Part shown: piece after piece, positions 27,623-36,269 of the stretch
How the letters are laid out: each line of letters begins with the position of its first letter
Numbering within the stretch: the stretch's first letter is position 1
NCBI GenBank assembly: GCA_021325495.1
Contig: JAJPGZ010000012.1
Coordinates: forward strand, 120,131 to 184,130
Reading direction: 5' to 3'
Length of the DNA: 64,000 bases
DNA from: Spartobacteria bacterium
Lineage (GTDB): Bacteria > Verrucomicrobiota > Verrucomicrobiia > Chthoniobacterales > UBA10450
Notes under the pieces: generated by a model
Database searches by the model: none
Seen by the model: the letters and a program-made list of their open reading frames with translations, nothing else
Told to the model about the DNA's origin: nothing
Program-made: the position numbers and the translations under genes

Positions 27623-29296
27623 ATGTCTGTCGTTCTAAATCACCTTCGAATCAAGAACCTCGCGCTGGTCGAGGAGCTCGAATGGCAGATGCCGGCCGGA
27701 TTTATCGCGGTCACGGGCGAGACCGGCGCGGGCAAATCGATCATCATCGGCGCGCTCCAGCTCGTGCTCGGCGAACGCGCGGACAAATCGGTCATTCGCA
27801 CCGGCGCGGAGACGTGCACAGTTGAAGCCGTCTTCAGCGGCGATGGCCTAACGAAGCTGAACAAGCAACTTGTCGATCTTGGCGTGGAGCGATGCGAAGG
27901 AGAGTTGATCATTAAACGGACGCTGTCGAGTGCGGGAACGAATCGTCAATTCGTTAACGGGTCGGCCACGACGTTGTCGATCTTGAAAACGATCGGCGAT
28001 GAACTTGTCGATCTTCACGGGCCGCACGATCACCAATCGTTGCTCTCACCCGAGAAACAACTCGGGTTGCTCGACAGTTTCGCGCATGCTGACGACACGC
28101 TCGCCGAATACAAAACGCATTTCGCGAAGCTGCAGTCGCTCGAAACGGAATTTAACGCGCTGAACACGGCGGAAACTGCCCGCGAACAAGAGTTAGATCT
28201 TTTGCGGCATCAGATCAGTGAGATCACGTCGGCGAAACTCGAGCCTAACGAAGAGGATGAAATCACAAACCGGTACAAGCTGGCGAGCAATAGCAAACGA
28301 TTGATCGAGATTGCGGCGGGCGTTTCGCAAAAGCTGGCGGAAGCGGACGGTTCGATTTTGTCGCAGCTGGCGGAGACGCAACGCCTGTTGCGCGAGTTGG
28401 AAAAGATCGACAATTCCATTTCGCAATTCGTGACAACACACGAAAGCGCCGTTGTCGATCTTAGCGAGATCGCGCGTTCGCTAGGAGATTACGCGGAGAA
28501 ACTCGATCTCGACCCGACGCAGCTGGCCGCACTCGAGCAACGCGTTTCCTTGTTTGAGACACTCAAACGTAAATACGGGCCGACAATTCCCGAAGTAATT
28601 GCGTTCGGCGAACGCGCGCAGGAACGGATGCGAAAGATCGAAGGCCGCGATGAAGAGCTGGAACGGTTGCGCAATGAAATCGAAACTGTGCGCGCGGATT
28701 CGAACAAGAGCGGCGAGGCGCTGCGCAAACTGCGCGCGAAAGCGGCGCCGAAACTCTCGCTGACCATTCGAAAGAACCTTGTCGATCTTGGATTCAAACA
28801 ATCGGAATTCGAATGCAAGCTTTCGCCTAACGAACAGCCGCGGCCGAACGGTTTCGATTCGGTCGAGCTACTTTTCTCGCCGAATCCGGGCGAACCGTTG
28901 AAGCCGTTGCGCGCGATCGCATCGAGCGGCGAGATTTCGCGACTGATGCTCGCGATTAAGTCTGCTCTCGCGGCGCAGGATGCAATTCCGCTGCTCGTGT
29001 TCGATGAGATCGACGCGAATGTCGGCGGCGAAATTGCGAACGCGGTGGGCGCGAAGATGCACACACTGGCGCGCGAACATCAGATCATTTGCATCACGCA
29101 TCTGCCGCAGGTCGCGGCCGCGGCCGACAGTCAATTCGTCGTCACGAAAGAAGTCGCGGGCGGCCGCACGCATTCGCGTTTGCAGGAAGTCACCGGCAAA
29201 GCGCGCAAGGAAGAGATCGCGCGCATGCTTGGCGGAAAAAGTGAAAACGCCCTCAAGCTCGCCGGCACATTGCTCGCAAGATCGACATCTTCCTAA
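27623..29296 (+). CDS. recN: DNA repair protein RecN
   Basis: Walker A GETGAGKS, HGPHDHQ and Walker B LLVFDEIDANVGG, with a long coiled-coil centre. Confidence 0.9.
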   Translation: MSVVLNHLRIKNLALVEELEWQMPAGFIAVTGETGAGKSIIIGALQLVLGERADKSVIRTGAETCTVEAVFSGDGLTKLNKQLVDLGVERCEGELIIKRTLSSAGTNRQFVNGSATTLSILKTIGDELVDLHGPHDHQSLLSPEKQLGLLDSFAHADDTLAEYKTHFAKLQSLETEFNALNTAETAREQELDLLRHQISEITSAKLEPNEEDEITNRYKLASNSKRLIEIAAGVSQKLAEADGSILSQLAETQRLLRELEKIDNSISQFVTTHESAVVDLSEIARSLGDYAEKLDLDPTQLAALEQRVSLFETLKRKYGPTIPEVIAFGERAQERMRKIEGRDEELERLRNEIETVRADSNKSGEALRKLRAKAAPKLSLTIRKNLVDLGFKQSEFECKLSPNEQPRPNGFDSVELLFSPNPGEPLKPLRAIASSGEISRLMLAIKSALAAQDAIPLLVFDEIDANVGGEIANAVGAKMHTLAREHQIICITHLPQVAAAADSQFVVTKEVAGGRTHSRLQEVTGKARKEEIARMLGGKSENALKLAGTLLARSTSS

Positions 29297-29299
29297 CAA

Positions 29300-30127
29300 G
29301 TGAAGCCGGCGCGAGTTTTTCTGCTGACCGCGCTGGCCATGATCGCGTTCGCGGCGAACTCGCTGCTTTGTCGAGCGGCGCTGCGGTGGACGACGATTGA
29401 CGCGGCAAGCTTTACTTCCATTCGGATTTTTTCCGGCGCGATCGCGCTCTGGTTCATCTTGCGCTTTCGCTTCAACCTCGCCGGCAATTGGCTTTCGGCG
29501 TTCGCGCTTTTCGCCTACGCGGCCGCGTTCTCGTTCGCGTATATCAGTTTGTCCGCCGCCACCGGCGCGCTCCTCTTATTCGCGGCGGTGCAGGCGACGA
29601 TGATTACATTCGGCCTAACGAAAGGCGAATCGATGCGCGTGGTGCAATGGTTCGGGTTCGTTCTGGCGCTCGGTGGTTTGATCTTTCTGCTTTCGCCCGG
29701 ACTGTCAGCTCCGCCGATTGGTGGCTCGATCCTGATGTTAGGCGCGGGGGTGGCGTGGGGCGTTTATTCCTTGCGCGGAAAATTTTCGGGAGATCCGACA
29801 AACGCGACGGCGGGAAATTTTTTGCGCGCGGTGCCGATGACAGCGCTGTTGAGCATGGCATTGCTCTCACGTGCACATGTCGATCTTGCGGGAATCGGCT
29901 ACGCCATTGCGTCAGGCGCGATCACATCCGGACTCGGTTACGTGATTTGGTACGCGGCGCTGCCGCATTTGAAAGCGACAACTGCGGCGACGGTGCAACT
30001 GAGCGCGCCCGTTCTCGCGGCGCTGGGCGGAATTTTATTTCTCGGCGAAACGATGACGCTGCGCTTCGTCATTTGCGCGATCGCCGTCCTCGGCGGCATC
30101 GCGCTGGTCGTGCTCGAGAGACGTTAG
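29300..30127 (+). CDS. DMT-superfamily (EamA-type) transporter
   Basis: 275 aa with about 10 TM helices in two EamA-like halves. Confidence 0.8.
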   Translation: MKPARVFLLTALAMIAFAANSLLCRAALRWTTIDAASFTSIRIFSGAIALWFILRFRFNLAGNWLSAFALFAYAAAFSFAYISLSAATGALLLFAAVQATMITFGLTKGESMRVVQWFGFVLALGGLIFLLSPGLSAPPIGGSILMLGAGVAWGVYSLRGKFSGDPTNATAGNFLRAVPMTALLSMALLSRAHVDLAGIGYAIASGAITSGLGYVIWYAALPHLKATTAATVQLSAPVLAALGGILFLGETMTLRFVICAIAVLGGIALVVLERR

Positions 30128-30939
30128 GCGTCCGCCCAATTAACGAAATGCGCGCGAACCGGCTGGGCGAAACCTTTGAGCGTGAGTTCGCCTGCTTCCT
30201 GAAACAAAAGTAATTTCCCCTCGCACAACTCAGCGACGACGTTCGAGACCAAAATTTGTTCCGCTTGGGCGTGCGAACAAAGTCGGGCCGCGAGTTGCAC
30301 CGTGCATCCGAACAAATCATCGGAACGCTCGACCGGTTCGCCGGCGGCGACACCGACGCGAAGTTTCAGCGACTGTTGCCTCGCCATTTCCTTCTGCACG
30401 CGCGTGGCGCACTTCACCGCGTTCGCGGCCGATGTGAACGAGGCCATGATTCCGTCGCCAAGATGTTTCACTTCGCGACCGCCGAGCTCGGCGAGCGCGC
30501 CGCGCACGATCTTGTCGTGAATGGCGAGCATTTCCATGGCGGCTTCGTCGCCCATCTCGCGCGTCATCGCTGTCGATCCAACGATGTCGGTAAACAAAAT
30601 CGTGCGAATGCCGGGATCGCGTTTGTCATCACCGGTGTTCACCGCGGCGCCGGCGCTGTTAATTTCGCCCGAGCCCATCAATAAATCGGCCATGGCGGGA
30701 TCGACCTGGATCAGTTGGTCGGCGACGAGACCGTGCGCTTCCTTGTGGACCTGGACTGCGGCTTCCGCGTTCGGCGCATGACAAAGGCAAAAAATCTTTC
30801 CCGCCTTTTCGTTGAAATAATATTTCTCGTAATGAACGCCGTACTTGTCCTGCACTTCAACGTCGCGCGCGTGCGCCCTGGCGATGTCGGCCGCGCTCAC
30901 GTCCGGCCCGACCTCGTGAACGTCCATGTAAACTGGCAT
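30124..30939 (-). CDS. Class III adenylate/guanylate cyclase with an N-terminal DUF4242-like domain
   Basis: Cyclase core TILFTDIVGSTAM...KHLGDGIMASF...RVGVAAGEP. A small alpha/beta domain of ~85 aa forms the N-terminus. Confidence 0.8.
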   Translation of the reverse strand: MPVYMDVHEVGPDVSAADIARAHARDVEVQDKYGVHYEKYYFNEKAGKIFCLCHAPNAEAAVQVHKEAHGLVADQLIQVDPAMADLLMGSGEINSAGAAVNTGDDKRDPGIRTILFTDIVGSTAMTREMGDEAAMEMLAIHDKIVRGALAELGGREVKHLGDGIMASFTSAANAVKCATRVQKEMARQQSLKLRVGVAAGEPVERSDDLFGCTVQLAARLCSHAQAEQILVSNVVAELCEGKLLLFQEAGELTLKGFAQPVRAHFVNWADA

Positions 30940-30976
30940 AACGAACTCCTAAGTTGAATTCGCGATCGCGGCAACT

Positions 30977-31489
30977 TCACCCGCGCCTGATCGAATGGGA
31001 GATGTCGATCTTAGCCGGATGCGCGAGTGTTTGATAGACGACGCAATAGCGCTCCGTCAGTTTCATCAGCGTCGCGAGTTGTTCTTCGTTGGCGTCGGTG
31101 TCGAATTCGAATTGCAAACGGATGCGTTGAAATCCGACCGGCGTTTCTTTTGAGACGCCGAGGGTGCCGCGAAAATCGAGATCGCCTTCCGCGCGCACCT
31201 TGGCATCGCGCAATTCGATTCCGATTGCGGTCGCGACCGCGCCGCAGGTGACGCCCGCGCACGCGACCAGCGCTTCGAGCAACATGTCGCCCGAACACGC
31301 ACTGAGTCCGCTGCCGCCCGTGGCGGGATGCAATCCCGCTTCCACCATGGCGCGACCGGTTTCGACTTTGCAGGTGACGTTTTCGCCGACACGACCTTCG
31401 GCTTTCAATGTCACCAACGCGAAATCCGGTTGGGCGCGATATTTTTCTTTCAGCGGCGCCTGCGCCGCGCGGATCTCATCGGCGTTCAC
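30977..31489 (-). CDS. OsmC/Ohr-family protein
   Basis: OsmC fold with paired cysteines (LSACSGDML, ALVACAGV). ORF 30977..31759 is trimmed to the GTG at 31489, because the upstream part overlaps the next gene. Confidence 0.75.
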   Translation of the reverse strand: MNADEIRAAQAPLKEKYRAQPDFALVTLKAEGRVGENVTCKVETGRAMVEAGLHPATGGSGLSACSGDMLLEALVACAGVTCGAVATAIGIELRDAKVRAEGDLDFRGTLGVSKETPVGFQRIRLQFEFDTDANEEQLATLMKLTERYCVVYQTLAHPAKIDISHSIRRG

Positions 31490-31500
31490 AAGATCGACAA

Positions 31501-32091
31501 CTACGTTTTCACCGGCCCGAGCGGCAGGACGTTGCGACCGTACAATTCGTTCAACACTTGCGCCAGCCCAGTGTAGATGGCGGAGAAACCGCAAAAGATT
31601 CCTTCGTAGCCGGTGAAATATTTGAACCCCGCGCTCGCTTTCGTGTAATCGCCGATTGCGAGCAGAAAAAACAAAATCGTGAGCGTGGCGAAAACGACCT
31701 GCAGCGCGCGATTGAGCCGGAGAGTACCGATAAACATGACGAGCGTGAACACTCCCCACATCGCCAGATACGAAGCCATTGCGGTCTCGTTAGGCGCAGT
31801 GCTCCAGCCAAATTTCGGAAAGACAAGCAGCGCGACCAACGAGAGCCAGAATAATCCGTAGGAAGTGAAAGCGGTCGTGGCGAAAGTGTTGCCTTTACGC
31901 CATTCCATGATTCCGGCGAGGATCTGCGCGATACCGCCATAACAAACGCCCATTGCCAAAATCATGCTGTTGATCTCGAAAAAACCGGCGTTGTGCAGGT
32001 TGAGCAACACGGTCGTTAGCCCGAACCCGAGCAGGCCGAGCGGCGCCGGATTCGCAGTCGTATCCTTGAAATGGGTAACGGATTCGTTCAT
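31501..32091 (-). CDS. GPR1/FUN34/YaaH (SatP-like) acetate/succinate channel
   Basis: N-terminal [11 protein letters not shown] signature and six TM helices. The ORF is trimmed to the ATG at 32091. Confidence 0.85.
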   Translation of the reverse strand: MNESVTHFKDTTANPAPLGLLGFGLTTVLLNLHNAGFFEINSMILAMGVCYGGIAQILAGIMEWRKGNTFATTAFTSYGLFWLSLVALLVFPKFGWSTAPNETAMASYLAMWGVFTLVMFIGTLRLNRALQVVFATLTILFFLLAIGDYTKASAGFKYFTGYEGIFCGFSAIYTGLAQVLNELYGRNVLPLGPVKT

Positions 32092-32152
32092 GTGACCAGT
32101 TTGTTGAACGCAAGATCGACAATGCAATCACAAACCCGTTAAAAATACCGCC

Positions 32153-33499
32153 GTGCTGAACTACATCTGGCTTGCACTGGTTTTGCTCGCGGTCGCGATT
32201 GGCGGTTGGAACGATCATCTCAAAGAGGTGACCAACGGCGCGCTCGACGGCGCGAAGACCGCAGTAACGATCGCTCTCGGTTTGGTCGGGGTGATGGCGC
32301 TTTGGCTCGGCGTCATGCGATTAGCCGAGCGCGCCGGCCTTGTGCAAAGAATCGCGCGCGGGCTGCGGCCGTTAATGGAGCGATTATTTCCCGACGTTCC
32401 GCCGGACCATCCGGCGATGGGTTCGATGCTGATGAACATGGCGGCGAACATGCTCGGGCTCGGCAATGCCGCGACGCCGCTCGGATTGCGCGCGATGCGC
32501 GATCTGGAATCACTCAATCCGCGCCCGGGCGTAGCGTCGAACGCGATGTGCACTTTTCTCGCGATGAATACCGGCTCGGTGCAACTCGTGCCGGCGACGG
32601 CGATTGCGATTCTGGTTTCGGCGGGATCGACTCGACCAACATCGATTGTGGGGACGGCGCTGATGTCGACGCTGTGCGCGACGACGGTCGCGCTGATTTC
32701 GGTGAAGATTTTTGAGAAGTTGTCGATCTTTCAACCACGCGGCGCGTCCGGCGTTGAAAGATCGACAACAGCGCATCCGCGCGTAATCGCGACTGGCGAA
32801 AACGTGTTCGACGATCTCTCGCTCGGCCATCCACCGTCGATGCGTCCGGCGATGTGGGGTTCGTTCGCGATCCTTGCCCTTCTCGTTCTCTTCATCGTTT
32901 TTTTCCTTCGCATCGTCACGCCCGATCTCGTCGGCGGTTCGTTGCCGAGCGATGCGCCGCCAAACATTTTCGTCCGCACCGTGAATGGATTGTCGATCTT
33001 AGCGATTCCGTTTTTGCTCAGCTTCTTCCCGCTCTACGCCGCGGCGCGCGGGGTGAAGGTGTACGAGGAATTCGTCGAAGGCGCGAAGGAAGCGTTCCCG
33101 GTGATGCTGAGGATCATTCCGTTTCTCGTCACCATGCTGGTGGCAATCGGAATGTTCAAAGGCGCGGGTGGAATCGACATTCTCACGCGGATTTTAAATC
33201 CGATTTTAACGCCGCTGCATTTCCCGCCCGATCTGGTGCCGCTGTCGTTGATGCGGCCATTGAGCGGCAGCGCAACACTCGCGTTGCTTACCGACATCGT
33301 GCATCGGCTCGGCCCGGATAACATTGTCAGCTTGATGGCGGCGACGATTTACGGAAGCACGGAGACGACGTTCTACGTCGCGGCGGTTTACTTCGGCTCG
33401 GTCGGGATCAAACAGACGCGGCACGCGATTCCGGCCGGACTGCTCGCCGACCTCGCTGGCATCGTCGCGTCGGTCATCATCTGTCGCGCGGTGTTGTAA
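32153..33499 (+). CDS. Nucleoside-recognition-domain membrane protein (fused SpmA/SpmB-like halves)
   Basis: Two Gate-type halves are joined by a linker that contains the 17-bp inverted repeat at 32719-32769. Confidence 0.75.
   Translation: MLNYIWLALVLLAVAIGGWNDHLKEVTNGALDGAKTAVTIALGLVGVMALWLGVMRLAERAGLVQRIARGLRPLMERLFPDVPPDHPAMGSMLMNMAANMLGLGNAATPLGLRAMRDLESLNPRPGVASNAMCTFLAMNTGSVQLVPATAIAILVSAGSTRPTSIVGTALMSTLCATTVALISVKIFEKLSIFQPRGASGVERSTTAHPRVIATGENVFDDLSLGHPPSMRPAMWGSFAILALLVLFIVFFLRIVTPDLVGGSLPSDAPPNIFVRTVNGLSILAIPFLLSFFPLYAAARGVKVYEEFVEGAKEAFPVMLRIIPFLVTMLVAIGMFKGAGGIDILTRILNPILTPLHFPPDLVPLSLMRPLSGSATLALLTDIVHRLGPDNIVSLMAATIYGSTETTFYVAAVYFGSVGIKQTRHAIPAGLLADLAGIVASVIICRAVL
32719..32769. 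repeat. Perfect 17-bp inverted repeat GTTGTCGATCTTTCAAC (17-nt spacer) GTTGAAAGATCGACAAC
   Basis: The arms are 32719-32735 and 32753-32769. Each contains the 10-mer. The repeat is in frame in the inter-domain linker (KLSIFQPRGASGVERSTT). Confidence 0.9.
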
Positions 33500-33523
33500 G
33501 ATCGACAATTCGTTAGATCGACA
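33498..33523. repeat. Head-to-tail pair AAGATCGACA (33498-33507) / TAGATCGACA (33514-33523), 16-bp period
   Basis: Intergenic. The first copy overlaps the TAA stop at 33497-33499. The spacer ATTCGT plus the following TAG forms a TCGTTAG word-B-like core. Confidence 0.85.
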
Positions 33524-33577
33524 AGTGATTTTTCCCTTCCCATCGCGGGAATGGATTCCCTATCGTGAATTGCAACG

Positions 33578-34759
33578 ATGATTCAGCGCGATTACCTCAT
33601 TATTGGCGCGGGCGTGGGCGGGGCGAGTGCGTGCGAAGGACTGCGAAAGCACGACAAGCGCGGTTCGGCCACACTCGTAGGCGCGGAGATGTATCCGCCG
33701 TACAAACGCTGGATTCTTTCGAAAAACTTCCTGCGGGAAAAATCGGTTGATTCGAAGAAACTGATTGAGTTCGACGAGCGCTGGTTCAAGACGCACAAAA
33801 TCGAGACGCGCTTCGCCACGATCGTGACGCAGTTGAACATCGACCGCCGTCTCGCCGTGCTCGCGAACGGCGAAACCATCGAGTTTAACAAAGCGTGCCT
33901 GGCCATGGGCAGCCGCCCGGTGCGACCGCCGGTCGCGGGAACGAATCTCGGCAACGTCATCTATATTAGAAGTATTCGCGATGTGTTCGCGCTGCGCGAG
34001 ATGGCCGCGGTCGAGAAAACGGTGATGGTGATCGGCGGCGGGCTGCTGGCGTGTGAAGCGGCGGCGAGTCTGCGCGAGATGAAATTGAAGGTGACGATGA
34101 TGCATCGCAACACTCACCTGCTCAATCGCTATGTCGATCCGCAAACGGCGGTGTGGTTGACGGAATATTTCGCGAAACACGGCGTGTCGATGTTGATGGG
34201 AGAAAGCCTGAACGGTTTCGAAGGCAAAACGGTCTTGCGAAACATTCAAACCAAAAGCGGCAATCGCGTGCAGGCCGGGCTTGCGGTGGTGGCGTGCGGC
34301 GCGGAGCCGAATCTCGATCTTGTACGCAATACGCCGTTATCCGGCCCGCACGGTTCGCCGGTGACGGAGTATCTCGAGACGGAAGAGAAAGGAATCTTCG
34401 CGGTGGGAGACCTCGCGTTTTACCCCGACCGCATCATGGGCGGCGTGCGACGGCAGACGCATTGGGAGAATGCGCGTGAGCAAGGGCTTGTCGCCGGCGC
34501 GAACATGACGGGGAAGAAACGAATTCGTTACGAACAGATCCCGTATTTCTGGACGGAGATGTTCGATCTGCGATTTGATTTCGTCGGCGATTTCAGTTTG
34601 CAGCCGACGCGGATCGATCTGAAAGGGACGCACGCGAAGAGAAAATTCGTGGCCCGGTATTGTCAGGGCGAAAAACTGCGCGCGATCTTGCTTTGCGGCG
34701 CAACGCCGAAAGAAGTCGAGAACGCGAAAAAAGATTTGCGCAACGCGCTCGGCAAATAA
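33578..34759 (+). CDS. FAD-dependent pyridine nucleotide-disulfide oxidoreductase (ferredoxin-reductase/AIF-like)
   Basis: GAGVGGASA dinucleotide motif, a second Rossmann motif VIGGGLLACEAA, and GDLAFYPD. Confidence 0.8.
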   Translation: MIQRDYLIIGAGVGGASACEGLRKHDKRGSATLVGAEMYPPYKRWILSKNFLREKSVDSKKLIEFDERWFKTHKIETRFATIVTQLNIDRRLAVLANGETIEFNKACLAMGSRPVRPPVAGTNLGNVIYIRSIRDVFALREMAAVEKTVMVIGGGLLACEAAASLREMKLKVTMMHRNTHLLNRYVDPQTAVWLTEYFAKHGVSMLMGESLNGFEGKTVLRNIQTKSGNRVQAGLAVVACGAEPNLDLVRNTPLSGPHGSPVTEYLETEEKGIFAVGDLAFYPDRIMGGVRRQTHWENAREQGLVAGANMTGKKRIRYEQIPYFWTEMFDLRFDFVGDFSLQPTRIDLKGTHAKRKFVARYCQGEKLRAILLCGATPKEVENAKKDLRNALGK

Positions 34760-34773
34760 CGAAGCGGGGTAGT

Positions 34774-34798
34774 TGTCGATCTTACGATTGTCGATCTT
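34774..34798. repeat. Head-to-tail pair of TTGTCGATCTT (34774-34783, 34789-34798), 15-bp period
   Basis: The pair fills most of the 39-bp gap between convergent genes. Confidence 0.9.
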
Positions 34799-35275
34799 TC
34801 ATTCGCCGAGTTCGGGAATCGTGAGGCCGGAATTGCTCACACGCACGAGCTGCCAGTCCCACGGTTTACCGGACATCTGACGCCATTCCAAATCGAACGG
34901 GGTGGAGATGGAATTCACGCGCGCTTCCACTTCGCTCATGAGTTCATTGGCATCGCCCCGAATGGTGATGCGCGCCTGCCAATGCTGGCCGAAAGCAAGC
35001 GGTTCCGCGACGCTGCAGCGGACATTGCGCAGATAACGAAAGACCTCGCGCGCACGCTCAAGCAAACGGTCGCGGTCGTTGTGCCATTGGTCCTGGTAAT
35101 CGGGGGCGACGAATTCGCCCACGCGTTTCCAATCCTTGTCCTCAAGGGCGTGCAGGAAATGTTCGGAGTGCAATTGGATCTGGTGTTGCGGTTGCCAAAG
35201 GCGCAGAAGCCACGCGCCAATGATCAAAGCGAAGAGCAAACCGCCGATGAATGAATTGCGACAGGAGATGGTCAT
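34799..35275 (-). CDS. Membrane-anchored hypothetical protein
   Basis: 158 aa with an N-terminal TM helix. I recognise no family. Confidence 0.5.
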   Translation of the reverse strand: MTISCRNSFIGGLLFALIIGAWLLRLWQPQHQIQLHSEHFLHALEDKDWKRVGEFVAPDYQDQWHNDRDRLLERAREVFRYLRNVRCSVAEPLAFGQHWQARITIRGDANELMSEVEARVNSISTPFDLEWRQMSGKPWDWQLVRVSNSGLTIPELGE

Positions 35276-35429
35276 GCGGAGAAGAGAATTGGCACGGCAC
35301 AGTGTCTGCTAATTTGAACCACCTTTTACCATGCTAAGTGCCGCTTTATTCGCGATCGCTTTCGTAACCATACTTGGTTGTGTCTGGTGGGCGTGCCGCG
35401 ACGAAATCGACCTTACTTAAACTGCGCTT

Positions 35430-36194
35430 ATGCTGGACCAACAAGATTTGAAGTGGATCGCGTCCACTTCCACTGAGCTAAACTCCATCCTGCAACAGGT
35501 CGCGCGTTATTGCGATCTCGCGCGCCGGCACAAGGGCGAACACAATTACATGGACTTGATGGCGGAGCGCGTGGAAGTCGCCACGAAAACGGCGCAGAGT
35601 TTATTCGACAAAGTGACGACGCAGATTTTGGTCAAGGCGACGGAGAAAGCGAAAGCGCCGCGCGGACCGCACACGCCTTTCACGGTCTTGCCGCCGCCGG
35701 TGCGCGTATCGCCGGCGCCGACCAAAACCGAAACGGCAACGGTCGCAACAGCGCCCGCAAGATCGACAACGGTGCCTTCCGGGATTCCGGTCAAAAACGC
35801 CAAAGGCAATCGCGAACTCCTTTTGCTGATCGAAGACGAAGCCGAAGTCGCCGAGCTCGCGGCGGAGATGCTGGCGGAGGAAGGCTACAAGGTCATCGTC
35901 GCGCACGACGGATTCGATGCGTTGAAGATTTACGAAAAGCTCGGCAAACAAATCGGCCTCGTCATTCTCGATTTCTTTTTGCCGGTGATGGATGGCGACG
36001 CGGTGTTCGACGAATTGCGCGGACTGAATCCGCACGTGGATGTGGTTTTGAGCAGCGGTTTCGCCGAGCAAAGCAAGATCAGCGCGATGCTTGGACAAGG
36101 TTTGCGCGGATTCATTCCGAAACCGTACACGCGTGACAAGCTGTTAGGCCAGGTCCGGTCGACGCTGGATTCGGCCCGGCAGCGGCTCGGCTAA
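35430..36194 (+). CDS. Response regulator with a C-terminal receiver domain and an unassigned N-terminal region
   Basis: Receiver motifs LLLIEDE, VILDFFLPVMDG and IPKPY. The linker is Pro/Thr/Ala-rich. Confidence 0.75.
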   Translation: MLDQQDLKWIASTSTELNSILQQVARYCDLARRHKGEHNYMDLMAERVEVATKTAQSLFDKVTTQILVKATEKAKAPRGPHTPFTVLPPPVRVSPAPTKTETATVATAPARSTTVPSGIPVKNAKGNRELLLLIEDEAEVAELAAEMLAEEGYKVIVAHDGFDALKIYEKLGKQIGLVILDFFLPVMDGDAVFDELRGLNPHVDVVLSSGFAEQSKISAMLGQGLRGFIPKPYTRDKLLGQVRSTLDSARQRLG

Positions 36195-36269
36195 GATCGA
36201 CATCTACCCTCTCGCCGGGAATGCGTGCGGCGATGGCACTGATTTAGCTTCTGTAGTCCGAGCACGCTC

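Noticed and set aside
30977-31759. The full-length 260-aa ORF as one protein
   Set aside because: Its 5-prime 270 nt overlaps the SatP-like channel gene in another frame and translates to Arg-rich nonsense. Only the OsmC-like part from the GTG at 31489 is kept.
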